In this document: positions 19,081 through 29,974 of the stretch, one piece after another
Numbering within the stretch: the first letter of the stretch is position 1
Layout of the letters: every line of letters starts with the position of its first letter
Assembly: GCA_044237445.1 (NCBI GenBank)
Contig: JBIIFF010000001.1
Coordinates: 1-59,868, forward strand
From: Microbacteriaceae bacterium
Lineage (GTDB): Bacteria; Actinomycetota; Actinomycetes; Actinomycetales; Microbacteriaceae
DNA: 59,868 bases
Direction: 5' to 3'
Position numbers and translations under genes: made by a program
Notes under the pieces: generated by a model
The model's database searches: none
What the model was told of the DNA's origin: nothing
What the model saw: only the letters and a program-made list of their open reading frames with translations

Positions 19081-19899
19081 CTATTCGAGCGTGGCCAAAA
19101 CGGACGGAAGTCCGCCCTCGGACTCGTCAAGGGTCATCTCGTTCGCCGCCGCCCGCACCTCGGCGGGCGCTTGACCCATCGCCACACCGCGACCAAACTC
19201 GGCGGCCCACTCCAGCATGTCCACGTCGTTTCGGCCGTCGCCGACCGCCATGACCCTCTCGCGCGGGATTTTCCAGCGTTCACGCACCAATTCCAGGGCA
19301 GTCGATTTGTTCACTCCCTGCGGCCCAATATCAAGCCAGGACGTGTATCCCACCGAATAGGTGACTTTATGCAACCCCAACATCTCCACCACGTCGGTGA
19401 AATAGTCCTCCCGCGACGTCGGGGCAATCACGACGACACGCGTTGCCTGATTCGTCATCAATTCTTCGAATGAGTTCATTTTCTGGGTTTGCATGTTCAC
19501 CCCGGTCTCGGGGAACCAACCGATGTAGCGCAACAGACCCGTTTCGTCTTCGACGGCGTAATGGGCGTCGGGGATGGTCTGGTGAATTTCCCGCAATACC
19601 CGCTGCGGATCGAACAATTCAACGGTGTCACGGACGTATCCGGTCGGGTCGCTCGCATCTCGCCGCACCACAATTGCGCCGTTTGCGCAGACCAGGTATT
19701 CGGGAGTGATGCCGAGTTTTGTCACAATCGGCAACGTCATCGGAACAGAGCGGCCCGTCGCAATCGTGAGGCGATGTCCCGCGCGGTCAAGGCGTTGCAC
19801 TTCTGTGATGGTCAACGGATTGAGGTCTCCGTAATCCGAGATCAGTGTTCCGTCAATGTCCAACGCAACGAGCCACGGATTCAAGCTCTCGGGCGTCAC
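19081..19899 (-). CDS. Cof-type HAD-IIB hydrolase
   Basis: [35 protein letters not shown]. Confidence 0.9.
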   Translation of the reverse strand: MTPESLNPWLVALDIDGTLISDYGDLNPLTITEVQRLDRAGHRLTIATGRSVPMTLPIVTKLGITPEYLVCANGAIVVRRDASDPTGYVRDTVELFDPQRVLREIHQTIPDAHYAVEDETGLLRYIGWFPETGVNMQTQKMNSFEELMTNQATRVVVIAPTSREDYFTDVVEMLGLHKVTYSVGYTSWLDIGPQGVNKSTALELVRERWKIPRERVMAVGDGRNDVDMLEWAAEFGRGVAMGQAPAEVRAAANEMTLDESEGGLPSVLATLE

Positions 19900-21161
19900 G
19901 ACAGGGGCTCCGCGACGGCGAGGCCGCCGAGGTACGGACGGAGTGCCTCGGGGATGGTGACCGAGCCGTTCGCGTTTTGATGCATTTCGAGGAGTGCAAC
20001 CAACCAGCGGGTGGTCGCGAGTGTGCCATTGAGCGTCGCGACGGTCTCGGTTGCACCACCGTCGGGACGGTGCCGTATGTTCAGGCGACGCGCTTGGAAC
20101 GTCGTGCAGTTCGATGTCGACGTCAGTTCACGGTATGTGCCCTGGGTCGGAATCCACGCTTCGATGTCGTACTTTCGTGCCGCAGAGGAACCGAGGTCTC
20201 CTGCAGCGACATCGATTACGCGGTAGGACAGGCCGAGCAGTTGCATCATTTCTTCTTGCCAGGCGACGAGGCGGTCGTGTTCCGCTTCCGCCTCGGCGGG
20301 AGCGCAGTACGAGAACATCTCGAGCTTGTTGAACTGGTGAACGCGCAGAATTCCGCGGGTGTCCTTGCCGTACGAGCCGGCCTCGCGGCGATAACAGGTT
20401 GACCACCCCGCATACCGTTTCGGTCCCGCGGAGAGATCGAGGATTTCATCCGCGTGAAAACCCGCGAGGGCGACCTCGCTGGTCCCGGTCAAATACAGGT
20501 CATCGGCGGGCAGGTAATAGATTTCGTCCGAGTGCGCCCCCAAAAACCCCGTGCCCTGCATGATCGCGGGACTCACGAGCGTTGGCGTGATGAGGGGGGT
20601 GAATCCCGCCGCGAGGGCGCGGTCTAACGCGAGCGACATCAGTGCGATTTCGAGCCGGGCGCCGATTCCCGACAAGAAATAAAACCGCGAACCCGAAACC
20701 TTCGTTCCGCGAAGCATGTCGATTGCGCCCAGCATTTCGCCCAATTCGAGGTGATCGCGTGGCTCAAAATCGAAGGTCGGAACCTCGCCCACCACGCGCA
20801 GGGTTACGAAGTTTTCCTCGCCCCCGGCCGGCACTCCGTCGACGATGATGTTGCCGATTCCGCCCGCGACGAGAGTGAAGTTCTCGCCCGCCTCGGTTGC
20901 GGCCTTGTCGGCACTTTTGACCCGCTCGGCTAAATCCTGTGCGGCGGCGACGAGTGCAACCTTGTCCTCTTTCGACGCGGCGGCAACCAGTTTGCCGTGT
21001 GCGTTTTGTTCCGCTCGTAGCGTTTCGAAGTGAACAATCGCATCGCGGCGAGCCTGATCCGCGGCGAGTGCGCGGTCCACGAGCGAAACGTCGTCGCCGC
21101 GCGCGATGAGTGAGGCGCGGACAACGTCTGGTTCCGCCCGAAGTAGCGTCGGGTCAATCAT
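19896..21161 (-). CDS. serS: Serine--tRNA ligase
   Basis: [53 protein letters not shown]. Confidence 0.97.
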   Translation of the reverse strand: MIDPTLLRAEPDVVRASLIARGDDVSLVDRALAADQARRDAIVHFETLRAEQNAHGKLVAAASKEDKVALVAAAQDLAERVKSADKAATEAGENFTLVAGGIGNIIVDGVPAGGEENFVTLRVVGEVPTFDFEPRDHLELGEMLGAIDMLRGTKVSGSRFYFLSGIGARLEIALMSLALDRALAAGFTPLITPTLVSPAIMQGTGFLGAHSDEIYYLPADDLYLTGTSEVALAGFHADEILDLSAGPKRYAGWSTCYRREAGSYGKDTRGILRVHQFNKLEMFSYCAPAEAEAEHDRLVAWQEEMMQLLGLSYRVIDVAAGDLGSSAARKYDIEAWIPTQGTYRELTSTSNCTTFQARRLNIRHRPDGGATETVATLNGTLATTRWLVALLEMHQNANGSVTIPEALRPYLGGLAVAEPLS

Positions 21162-21163
21162 CG

Positions 21164-22105
21164 TCAGCCTTCTTTTCCCGCGACGAGCCGGTCGAGCCAG
21201 GCCCGCGCATCAACAAACGCCGTGTCGGAATACTGTTCGGCGACGGTGGGTGTGTAACCATCCGCTCGACGGTACGACCCGAGGAACTGTAACCCCGGGC
21301 TGTACCTTCTGAGCCCCAGAAGTGCGTCCGCGACACGTTCGTCCTCGATGTGGCCATCGATGTCAATCACGAAACGATAGCGACCGAGCGCATCGCCGAT
21401 GGGGCGCGATTCAAGAAGAGACAGGTTGACTCCGCGTGTCGCGAATTGTTCGAGCATTTCGAGTAGACCACCGGGGCGATCATCCGGCAGTTCAACGATG
21501 ACGGTTGTCTTATCCGATCCCGTGCGCGGTGCTACCGCCCGGCGACGACCAATGAGGACAAACCGGGTCACCGCGGAGGGATTGTCGCCGACGAGCGTGG
21601 CGAGCGTGGTGACATCTGCGTGCTCCTGAAATCCAGCGGGCGCAATCGCGGCGTCACCGTGACGGCCCGCTGCGACATCGAGGGCGGCCGACACGTTGGA
21701 CGTTGCGGGCATGTGCTGGTGGTGAGGAACGTTCGCTTCCAGCCACTGTCGGCACTGGGCGTAGGCAACCGGGTGCGCCACGATGACGTGAACATCGGCG
21801 AGCGCCGTACCGGGCCGAACCACCACATCAAAATTCACGGGTACGAGAAACTCCCCCAGGATTTGTAACCCAGACGATTGGGCGAGCGCATCCTGCGCGG
21901 CGCTCACACCGCCTTCGATCGAGTTTTCCACTGCGATCATCGCCGCCTCGGCGCGACCGTCGACCAGCGCGGCCAGGGCGTCCCCAACGTTATTGACGGG
22001 AAGCCACTCTTGTCCCTTCGCCTCGGGAACTTGCCCCAGCGCAGTCCATGTGAAAGTGCCAACGGGACCTAAATAGGCGTACACCACGGTGACTCCTTTC
22101 GACAT
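21164..22105 (-). CDS. pheA: Prephenate dehydratase
   Basis: YLGP.GTFT, ENSIEG, TRF motif, ACT domain D.PGGL...[15 protein letters not shown]. Confidence 0.95.
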   Translation of the reverse strand: MSKGVTVVYAYLGPVGTFTWTALGQVPEAKGQEWLPVNNVGDALAALVDGRAEAAMIAVENSIEGGVSAAQDALAQSSGLQILGEFLVPVNFDVVVRPGTALADVHVIVAHPVAYAQCRQWLEANVPHHQHMPATSNVSAALDVAAGRHGDAAIAPAGFQEHADVTTLATLVGDNPSAVTRFVLIGRRRAVAPRTGSDKTTVIVELPDDRPGGLLEMLEQFATRGVNLSLLESRPIGDALGRYRFVIDIDGHIEDERVADALLGLRRYSPGLQFLGSYRRADGYTPTVAEQYSDTAFVDARAWLDRLVAGKEG

Positions 22106-22151
22106 CGCAGGAATTCCAGACTATCGCGGGGCGGCGGGCCGAGCCGAGCGT

Positions 22152-22922
22152 TTAGCGCGCGTAATCAGGGGCGGCGGGCAGACCGAAAAACTCTTCCAGG
22201 GTGATTTTCGGTGTCAGGCTCAATTCCGTGGCAAGTTCCACCCCAACGAAGCGCCAGTGCCAGGGCTCGTAGATGTATCCCGTAATCGCGGTCTTTCCCC
22301 TGGGGTATCGCAAATGCCATCCGAACAGTGGCGCATTTCTCTTCAACCATTTTCCCTCCGGCGTCGTGCCGAAGCAGGCTTGGATAGTACATTCCCGATC
22401 CGCGGCGGCGATGTCGACGGACAATCCGATTTGGTGCTCGGAGTAACCCGGGCGGGCGCTCTGTAAATCGGCGGCCTCCCGGCCAATCGACTCGACCCAG
22501 CCGTTGTAGACCGATACCTGTGCTGAGTACGAACGGTAGGCGCTTTGGACAACCAGGTCAATTCCGTCCCTGCGCGCCGCGCGAAACATTGCGCGGTACG
22601 CCGTCGCAGCGTCCCGTCGAAGAATCGGTGTGTAGGTGTGGGGCACGTTCATGGTTTTGAGGTCTGCGGGCGCGTACCTTTTCGGCGACAATCGGCGCAA
22701 TTTATCAACCACAACCCACAGGGAATCCGCCTCGTCGACGGAATGGAGGGTCGTATCGAAGGCAGCGACGACTGCGGTCGGGCTTGGGGTTATCGACGGG
22801 GTAGTGTCGGTCGCCGGCGATGGTTGGGTGGGCGCCGGGATTTCTGCGGTGGGCGTCGACGACGAGACACACCCCGTCAGGGCGACGGAAGCGATTGCGA
22901 CGAGGGCGAGGAATCTAAACAT
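22152..22922 (-). CDS. M15B D,D-carboxypeptidase (VanY/LdcB-like) lipoprotein
   Basis: Lipobox LTGC; SAYRS, SARPGYSEHQIGLSVD, YEPWHWRFVG. Confidence 0.88.
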   Translation of the reverse strand: MFRFLALVAIASVALTGCVSSSTPTAEIPAPTQPSPATDTTPSITPSPTAVVAAFDTTLHSVDEADSLWVVVDKLRRLSPKRYAPADLKTMNVPHTYTPILRRDAATAYRAMFRAARRDGIDLVVQSAYRSYSAQVSVYNGWVESIGREAADLQSARPGYSEHQIGLSVDIAAADRECTIQACFGTTPEGKWLKRNAPLFGWHLRYPRGKTAITGYIYEPWHWRFVGVELATELSLTPKITLEEFFGLPAAPDYAR

Positions 22923-23047
22923 CCCCTCAAGGTTAGCGGGCGCGGACTCGTCAACACGCCACAATCGCCCCGTGCCGAGAGCGCTTGGAAATCTGATTTG
23001 GGAGTGTTGATGTCGAGGCATCGGTGAGCAGCAAACAGAATGGTGGC

Positions 23048-23320
23048 ATGGAGATTCGCGTTTCAGACGACCGCATCGTCGGACTTCGCGACGGTGAACC
23101 CGTCGGCTGGGTCGATTTCGAGGTGACCGACGGCGTCGCACGGCTTTTTCACACCGAGGTTCTTCCGACCATGCGGAACTCGGGCACGGGAACCGAACTG
23201 GTTGTCGCCGTTTTGGAATGGTTCCGGGACAACACGACTCATCGCATCGTGGGGGTTTGTCCGTTCATTCCGGTGGTCATCAAGCGCCACCCCGAGTTCG
23301 CGGAACTGACGACCCGCTAG
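23048..23320 (+). CDS. Small GNAT acetyltransferase (YjdJ-like)
   Basis: HTEV.P.MR.SG.G..LV, CPFI...IKRHPEF. Confidence 0.8.
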   Translation: MEIRVSDDRIVGLRDGEPVGWVDFEVTDGVARLFHTEVLPTMRNSGTGTELVVAVLEWFRDNTTHRIVGVCPFIPVVIKRHPEFAELTTR

Positions 23321-23976
23321 TCCTCGAGATCGGCGTCCGACCATTCGCCGGTGGTGAGATAGCTCACTTTCGACGAGATTTCGACGACGTGGTCGGCGAT
23401 TCGTTCCAGATAGCGGCTCGCGAGAGTGACATCCACCGTGTGCACGGCCTTCTCTTTCCACGACTTGTCGAGAACAACCTCGAACACTTCGCGGTGGAGT
23501 TCGTCGACGCGTTCGTCAGCTGCCTGAATCGAGCGAGCAAGGTCGACGGACGTGTTTTTGAGCAACTTGACGAGCTTTTTGGACAGACGAACGTCCAGTC
23601 GTACCATCTCGTCGAAGGTGTCAGACAACGCTTCGGGAATCGCGGAGTCGGGGAAACGGAATCGCGCGATGGTCGCAATGTGGGACGCGAGCGCCGACAT
23701 TCGCTCGAGCGAAGCCGATATCCGGAGGGTGGACACCAAAATTCGGAGATCTCTGGCAACCGGTGCCTGCAGGGCGAGCGTGCGGATGACGAGTTCGTCT
23801 AGGGACAGCGCTTTTTCGCTGACAATTTCCGCTCCGGCAAGTGCCCGATCCGCCGCTTTGACGTCTGCTTCCAACAGTGCGGACGTGGCATCCGTCACGA
23901 TGGTGAAAACGCTGTCCGCGATTTCAACAATTCGAAGTTGAACAGATTGCAGTTCCTGGTCAAACATTTCGCGCAT
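23317..23976 (-). CDS. phoU: Phosphate signalling regulator PhoU
   Basis: LQAPVARDLR, LERM..LA.HIA, DERVDELH, RYLERIADH. Confidence 0.92.
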   Translation of the reverse strand: MREMFDQELQSVQLRIVEIADSVFTIVTDATSALLEADVKAADRALAGAEIVSEKALSLDELVIRTLALQAPVARDLRILVSTLRISASLERMSALASHIATIARFRFPDSAIPEALSDTFDEMVRLDVRLSKKLVKLLKNTSVDLARSIQAADERVDELHREVFEVVLDKSWKEKAVHTVDVTLASRYLERIADHVVEISSKVSYLTTGEWSDADLED

Positions 23977-24018
23977 CGGAGTGCCTCTCGATATATGTGT
24001 AAAGCGAACCAGAGCGAG

Positions 24019-24046
24019 GTGAACCGCTCTCAAACAATTCGCAAAC
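24019..24046 (-). promoter_or_regulatory. Putative PHO-box/RegX3 binding direct repeats
   Basis: Minus strand GTTTGC-N5-GTTTGA-N5-GTTCAC (exact 11-bp period) between divergent phoU and senX3. Confidence 0.5.
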
Positions 24047-24118
24047 ATCGGATTAAATACGCGGCCGCAACGGCCGTAGCTCCACGATACAGTGCCTATC
24101 GTCGCCTAGCCTGAGGAG

Positions 24119-25258
24119 GTGGTGAGTTTCGGGGTTTTCCTGGCAGTGACCAGCGTGGTCGCTGTCCTCGTCGCGGTCATCACCTATCTGGTCTTTCGCG
24201 CTCGACATTTGCGCATCAAAGCGGTGGACGACGAGCCCCTCACCGACGCCGCGTCGCGCCTCATTTCGGTACTCGCGACTGCGGGGATGGTGGTGGACGA
24301 CTCGCTCGCGGTTCTTCGAGCGACCAACAGCGCGATTGCCCTCGGGCTCGTGTCTGGTCGGGTGATTCGCAGTTCCGAGATCCGTGCGCTGGTTCGCACG
24401 ACCCAGGAAACCGAGACCACGAACTCTGTCGATTTCGAATTGACCCTTGCGGAGGGTGGTGACGTTCGGTACCTGCGCGCACGAGCGGTCACAATCGGCG
24501 CCGGCATCGTGTTGGTTCTCGTCGAGGACAACACCGAGGCCCGCGACTTTGAGTCGATTCGTCGCGATTTCATCGCGAACGTGACTCACGAAATCAAAAC
24601 TCCGATCGGTGCTATCGCGCTCCTCAGTGAAGCGATGGAGGGGGCCCTCGATGACCCAACCCGAATGCACAAGTTTGCGGACAGTTTGCGGCGCGAAACG
24701 GGTCGCCTGTCGACTCTCATCACCGAAATCATTCAGTTGTCCCGCGTTGAAACCTCCAACATTCTGGCGAAAGCGAAGCCGGCCAACGTGGGGGTGGTGG
24801 TTCGAGAAGCGCTCGAACGAACCCTCGTCATTGCCGACGCGAAAGACATCGTGGTCAATGCGAAGTACCCCGATGATGTTTTCGTCATGGGGGATGGTGA
24901 ACTGTTGACCGTCGCTGTCAAAAACCTGGTCGAAAACGCCATCCAGTATTCGGACCGGAAACAATCCGTCGGAATCGGCGTCACCACCCGTAATGGTCAC
25001 GTCGACATCATCGTGACGGATCAGGGTGTGGGTATTCCCGCCGACGAGCAGTCCCGCGTGTTCGAACGTTTTTATCGGGTGGACGAATCCCGCGACCGAA
25101 CCACAGGGGGAACCGGGCTCGGTCTGAGCCTCGTCAAACACATCGCTCTCAGCCATCGCGGCGAAGTGACTCTGTTTTCTCAGCCGGGCGTCGGCTCGAC
25201 TTTCACCATGCGCCTACCGCGGCTCGTGGAAACCTCGAAGGAGAACGCCCATGAGTAG
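24119..25258 (+). CDS. senX3: Sensor histidine kinase SenX3/PhoR-like
   Basis: RRDFIANVTHEIKTP H-box, NLVENAIQYS, DQGVGI, FERFYRVD, GGTGLGLS. Confidence 0.88.
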   Translation: MVSFGVFLAVTSVVAVLVAVITYLVFRARHLRIKAVDDEPLTDAASRLISVLATAGMVVDDSLAVLRATNSAIALGLVSGRVIRSSEIRALVRTTQETETTNSVDFELTLAEGGDVRYLRARAVTIGAGIVLVLVEDNTEARDFESIRRDFIANVTHEIKTPIGAIALLSEAMEGALDDPTRMHKFADSLRRETGRLSTLITEIIQLSRVETSNILAKAKPANVGVVVREALERTLVIADAKDIVVNAKYPDDVFVMGDGELLTVAVKNLVENAIQYSDRKQSVGIGVTTRNGHVDIIVTDQGVGIPADEQSRVFERFYRVDESRDRTTGGTGLGLSLVKHIALSHRGEVTLFSQPGVGSTFTMRLPRLVETSKENAHE

Positions 25259-25934
25259 TGTGCTTGTCGTCGAAGATGAACAATCTCTTCGCGAACCGTT
25301 GGTCTACATCCTGGAGCGGGAGGGCTTCGAGGTGTTCGAAGCAGCGGACGGTCCCACCGCTCTGGTGCAATGGAAAGAGCGTAAACCCGACCTGATCCTG
25401 TTGGACCTGATGTTGCCCGGAATGAGCGGGGTGGATGTGTGCAGAGAAATCCGCAACCACTCCAGCGTCCCCATCATCATGGTGACGGCCAAAGATTCCG
25501 AGGTCGACAAGGTGGTCGGTCTCGAAATCGGGGCAGACGACTACGTCGTGAAACCGTATTCGACACGCGAGCTCTTGGCCCGAATCAAGGCGGTACTCCG
25601 TCGCGGATCCGTTCCCGATGTCCGCCAATCGCGGACCGTCATCGAGGCGGGTCCCGTGCGAATCGACACCGATCGTCACTCCGTGACCGTGAGTGGTGTT
25701 GGCGTCACCCTCCCGCTCAAGGAATTTGAGCTTCTCGAATACCTCATCGACAACGCCAACCGGGTGTTGACGCGAGGCCAAATCATCGATCGGGTCTGGG
25801 GGTCGAATTATTACGGTGACACCAAGACGCTCGACGTTCACGTCAAACGGATTCGCGGCAAGATCGAACCCGATCCGGCGAACCCGCGGTTTCTCGTGAC
25901 CGTTCGCGGTCTCGGATACAAGTTCGAGTCCTAG
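25251..25934 (+). CDS. regX3: Response regulator RegX3 (OmpR/PhoB family)
   Basis: LLDLMLPG, TAKDSEVDKVVGLEIGADDYVVKPYS, LPLKEFELL, GDTKTLDVHVKR. Confidence 0.92.
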   Translation: MSSVLVVEDEQSLREPLVYILEREGFEVFEAADGPTALVQWKERKPDLILLDLMLPGMSGVDVCREIRNHSSVPIIMVTAKDSEVDKVVGLEIGADDYVVKPYSTRELLARIKAVLRRGSVPDVRQSRTVIEAGPVRIDTDRHSVTVSGVGVTLPLKEFELLEYLIDNANRVLTRGQIIDRVWGSNYYGDTKTLDVHVKRIRGKIEPDPANPRFLVTVRGLGYKFES

Positions 25935-26980
25935 GGCACGCGGCGAAGCCACTCGTCGGTGAGGAATTTTTCCTCGACGAGCGTGGCCACGCGAGTACGC
26001 TCGGCGTCGCTGATCACGCCATCGCGAAGCCCGTGCAATTCACGGAAGGTTCCGACCATCGCGTCGATCACCTCGGCGCGGCTCAAACCCGACTGGCTCT
26101 TGATCGGGTCCACTCGTTTCACCGCACTCGTGACTCCCTTGTCGCTGAGTTTCTCGCGGCCGATTCGCAAAACCTGCATCATCGCATCGGCATCGATGTC
26201 GTACGCCATGGTCACGTGGTGAAGAACCGCGCCGTTTCCCAACCGCTTCTGGGCCGCGCCGCCGATTTTCCCCTGCGGGCTAGCGATGTCGTTGAGTGGC
26301 TTGTATTCGGCGGCAATCCCGATGGAGTGGAGCGCCTGCAGAGTCCAGTCATCGAGAAAGGCATAGGAATCCGCGAACGACATTCCCTGAACGAGTTCGG
26401 CGGGTGCATAAATCGAGTACGTGATGGTGTTTCCCGGCTCGATGAACATTGCACCGCCGCCACTCACTCGGCGCAACACGCGCACCCCTCGCGCCGCCGC
26501 TTCGTCTGAGTCGACTTCGTTTCGAAGCGACTGAAAAGACCCGATGATCACGGCCTTTTCGTTCCATTCCCAGAATCGAAGCGTCGGTCCGCGGTGTCCC
26601 GCACCAACTTCCTCCGTGAGCACCTGATCGAGCGCCATGTGCTCGGCCGCCGACAACGGTTCGGGTGCGAGGTATTCCCAGTCATATTCGGAGAACGAGC
26701 GAGCCTGCGCGATGGCACGCCGGACGGCCGTGGCGACCGCTTCCGGGTGCACACCGAGCATCACCACGTTCTCGGGGAGCGCCACTCTGACTCGCCGCGC
26801 GATTTCGGTCGCGTCCGCCGAAACGGGCAATCCCTCGATCGCGGCGGTCATCGCCTCGAGCGCGTCATCGGGTTCGAGAAAGAAGTCCCCCGAAATGGCG
26901 ACATTCACGAGCACCCCGTCGCGCTCGTCCGCCTCCACCACAATAAGTTTTCCGCCGGGGACCTTGTACTCGCCCTTCAT
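25931..26980 (-). CDS. lplA: Lipoate--protein ligase A family
   Basis: RRVSGGGAMF, NDI, KIGGAAQ, LHH.TM.YD; N-terminal GEYKVPGGKL domain. Confidence 0.85.
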   Translation of the reverse strand: MKGEYKVPGGKLIVVEADERDGVLVNVAISGDFFLEPDDALEAMTAAIEGLPVSADATEIARRVRVALPENVVMLGVHPEAVATAVRRAIAQARSFSEYDWEYLAPEPLSAAEHMALDQVLTEEVGAGHRGPTLRFWEWNEKAVIIGSFQSLRNEVDSDEAAARGVRVLRRVSGGGAMFIEPGNTITYSIYAPAELVQGMSFADSYAFLDDWTLQALHSIGIAAEYKPLNDIASPQGKIGGAAQKRLGNGAVLHHVTMAYDIDADAMMQVLRIGREKLSDKGVTSAVKRVDPIKSQSGLSRAEVIDAMVGTFRELHGLRDGVISDAERTRVATLVEEKFLTDEWLRRVP

Positions 26981-27063
26981 GCCGCGTCTCCCTCGTCGTG
27001 TTGAATCTCGTGCCAGTTTATGCGTCGTCAGGCGAGCCCTCCCGCCTGCCTAGGATGAGAGTC

Positions 27064-28401
27064 ATGGCGGTGCGACGTAAATCCTCATCGGCGACGCGGC
27101 GTCCGTCGATGTTCCGGACGCTGAAAGTGCCGAACTTTCGGATCTGGATGATTGGCGCGCTGCTCGCCAACATCGGCGGTTGGGCTCAACGCGCCGCTCA
27201 AGACTGGTTGGTTCTTACCGAATTGACCGACAACGACGCAGTTGCCCTGGGTTTCAGCCTTTCTCTTCAATTCGGCCCGATTCTGATTCTCGGACCCTTT
27301 CTCGGTCCCCTCGCCGACAGGGTGCAGGCGCGCACCATCATCTTTTGGTGTGCGGTGCTCGAGACGCTATTCGGAATTGTGCTGGGCGTCGCGGTTCTCT
27401 TCGGAGTGGCCAACCTCTTCCTTGTGTACGCCCTGGCTCTGGCCCTCGGTGTGGCCCAAGCAGTGGAGGCACCCGCTCGCCATATCTTCGTCAACGAGCT
27501 GGTGACGAAACAGAATCTGCCGAATGCCATCGGGCTCCACTCGACGATGTTCAACTCTTCTCGGCTCGTCGGTCCGGCCCTCGCCGGCATCGGAATCGCG
27601 TCGCTGGGGACGGGTTGGACGTTGCTTATGTCCGCGCTGTTCCTCGGAGCGGCGGCCGCCGCCATCGTGTTCCTTCGGCGAAACGAACTGCACACCGTCG
27701 AGAAAGCCCCAAACGAACCCGGACAGTTTCGTGCCGGCATGGCCTACATTCGATCCCGAAAAGACCTCATGATCGTTCTGACGATGCTCTTTGTCGTCGG
27801 CGCGCTCGTTTTCAACTTCGGAATCTTTTCGAGCACCATGGCCGTCGTCGAATTCGGTCTCGGTGCGCAGGACTACGGTTTCATGATGTCGGCACTCGCG
27901 GTCGGGTCTCTGTGCGGGGCCATTCTGGTCGCGCGCAGTACGCGCCCCCGACTGTCGGTCATCACGGTCGCGGCGCTCGTCATTACGATCGGCGGTATCG
28001 CCTCAGCGCTCGCTCCGACGGTAACCGTGTTCATCCTGGTCTATCCGTTACTCGGTTTCGGCAGTGTGCTGATGGTCGCGACGACCAACGGGTATATCCA
28101 AACCACCACCGACGACATCTACCGCGGACGAGTGATGGCCATCTTCTCGACGCTGCTGATTGGAAGCACGCCGATCGGCTCGCCCCTGATCGGGTGGGTG
28201 TCGAACGAGTTCGGGCCGCGCTGGGCGCTCGGCGCCGCCGCGCTGGGTGGTCTCATCGCCACCGTGATCGCACTGGTGTGGATGCGCAGTTCTCACAATA
28301 TTTCCACGATGGCTACCCTGCGATCCGCCTTCATCCGAACGCGAGACGAACAGCCCGATACCGCCACGCAGGTCATCACCCTCAGTCAACGCGGTCCCTG
28401 A
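27064..28401 (+). CDS. MFS transporter
   Basis: 12 TM segments; GPLADRV, FNSSRLVGPALAG, RGRVMA; ATG 7 nt after a TAGGAT -10 element. Confidence 0.88.
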   Translation: MAVRRKSSSATRRPSMFRTLKVPNFRIWMIGALLANIGGWAQRAAQDWLVLTELTDNDAVALGFSLSLQFGPILILGPFLGPLADRVQARTIIFWCAVLETLFGIVLGVAVLFGVANLFLVYALALALGVAQAVEAPARHIFVNELVTKQNLPNAIGLHSTMFNSSRLVGPALAGIGIASLGTGWTLLMSALFLGAAAAAIVFLRRNELHTVEKAPNEPGQFRAGMAYIRSRKDLMIVLTMLFVVGALVFNFGIFSSTMAVVEFGLGAQDYGFMMSALAVGSLCGAILVARSTRPRLSVITVAALVITIGGIASALAPTVTVFILVYPLLGFGSVLMVATTNGYIQTTTDDIYRGRVMAIFSTLLIGSTPIGSPLIGWVSNEFGPRWALGAAALGGLIATVIALVWMRSSHNISTMATLRSAFIRTRDEQPDTATQVITLSQRGP

Positions 28402-28459
28402 ACGCTCTAAATCACCGCAGCAACGGTAGCCCGCGCAGCAAATCGCCTAGAGTTGTGCT

Positions 28460-28897
28460 GTGGACGCAACCGACCAGCGAATAATCGAGCAACTCCGTGA
28501 GAATGCGCGCGCGGGCTATGCCGATATTGGCGATGTCGTGGGTCTGTCGGCGAGCGCCGTCAAGCGTCGAGTGGATCGACTCGTTCAGACGGGCGCGATT
28601 CGTGGGTTCACCGTCAACGTTGACCCGGCCGCCGAGGGTGTCGGAGTCGAGGCGTATGTCGAACTGTATTGCCGTGGAACCGTGTCCCCTGACGACCTTC
28701 GGACGCTGCTCACCGGCGTGCCCGAGGTTGTCTACGCGGGAACCGTGTCGGGGCAAGCCGACGCGATTGTTCACATGCGCGCCGCGTCCATCCCCGCGTT
28801 AGAAGCCGCGTTGGAACGAGTTCGGAACGCACCCAACGTCGATCACACGCGCTCGTCGATCATGCTGTCGCGTTTGGTTCACCGCCGCATCCTCTGA
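28460..28897 (+). CDS. Lrp/AsnC family transcriptional regulator
   Basis: D.TD.RI...L.ENAR..Y..IG..VGLS.SAVKRRV.RL...G.I.GF HTH followed by a RAM domain. Confidence 0.9.
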   Translation: MDATDQRIIEQLRENARAGYADIGDVVGLSASAVKRRVDRLVQTGAIRGFTVNVDPAAEGVGVEAYVELYCRGTVSPDDLRTLLTGVPEVVYAGTVSGQADAIVHMRAASIPALEAALERVRNAPNVDHTRSSIMLSRLVHRRIL

Positions 28898-28948
28898 ACA
28901 TGTTGTGACATGTTCCCTTCCCACCGCCGTGGCGGTGACAATAGAAGC

Positions 28949-29974
28949 ATGCGAATTGGAATTCTCACGTCCGGCGGAGACGCACCCGGCCTCAATGCGG
29001 TCATCCGTGGCGCTGTTCTGAACGGCGAGCGCCATTACGGCATGAGCTTTGTGGGTATCCGCGACGGCTGGCGCGGGCTCGTCGACGCGGACTTCCAGCC
29101 GTTGGCGCGCGCAGAGGTCAAAGGAATCGGAAAAATGGGCGGCACGATTCTTGGCTCGTCGCGTACAAATCCGTTCGAGGGCAACGGCGGAATCGATCGA
29201 ATCAATCAGGTCATGGCCGACGCCGGCATGGACGGGCTTCTCGTCATCGGCGGCGAGGGCACCCTCGCCGCAGCGAACCGCTTGTCCGAGGCCGGCATCA
29301 ACATCGTCGGCGTCCCCAAAACAGTCGACAATGACCTGTCGGCAACGGACTACACCTTCGGCTTCGACACCGCCGTCAACGTCGCCACCGAAGCAATGGA
29401 CCGGCTTCGAACCACGGGTGACTCTCATCACCGCTGCATGGTGGCCGAGGTCATGGGACGGCACGTGGGCTGGATCGCCCTGCACTCGGGAATGGCAGCC
29501 GGCGCACAGGTCATCCTTATCCCCGAACGAAAAACATCTCTCGACGAAATCGTGGGATGGGTCACCTCGGCCTACGAACGCGGTCGCGCGCCCCTCGTGT
29601 GTGTCGCCGAAGGGTTCCTTCTCGACACGATGGACGACGCTCACAGCGAACGAGGATTGGATGCGTTCGGGCGACCACGTCTGGGCGGAATCGGGGAAAA
29701 GCTTGCGCCCTTGATCGAAGAAGCGACGGGAATCGAAACCCGCGCCACCACTCTCGGCCACATCCAGCGCGGAGGAACACCCTCCGCTTTCGATCGGGTG
29801 CTGGCCACGCGATTCGGAATGAACGCCACCCGAGTGATTTCCGAAGGGAATTGGGGAAGCCTCGTAGCCCTTCGCGGCACCGACATCGTGACGACCACGT
29901 TCGAGTCCGCACTCGGCGAGCTGAAGACTGTTCCGGCCGAGCGCTGGTCCGAAGCCGCGCTGCTGTTCGGTTAG
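28949..29974 (+). CDS. pfkA: 6-phosphofructokinase
   Basis: LTSGGDAPGLN, GGTILGSSR, GGEGT, PKTVDND, EVMGR, LGHIQRGG. Confidence 0.95.
   Translation: MRIGILTSGGDAPGLNAVIRGAVLNGERHYGMSFVGIRDGWRGLVDADFQPLARAEVKGIGKMGGTILGSSRTNPFEGNGGIDRINQVMADAGMDGLLVIGGEGTLAAANRLSEAGINIVGVPKTVDNDLSATDYTFGFDTAVNVATEAMDRLRTTGDSHHRCMVAEVMGRHVGWIALHSGMAAGAQVILIPERKTSLDEIVGWVTSAYERGRAPLVCVAEGFLLDTMDDAHSERGLDAFGRPRLGGIGEKLAPLIEEATGIETRATTLGHIQRGGTPSAFDRVLATRFGMNATRVISEGNWGSLVALRGTDIVTTTFESALGELKTVPAERWSEAALLFG

Noticed and set aside
22152-22922. VanY as a vancomycin-resistance locus
   Set aside because: No vanHAX or vanRS; this is an ordinary M15B carboxypeptidase lipoprotein.
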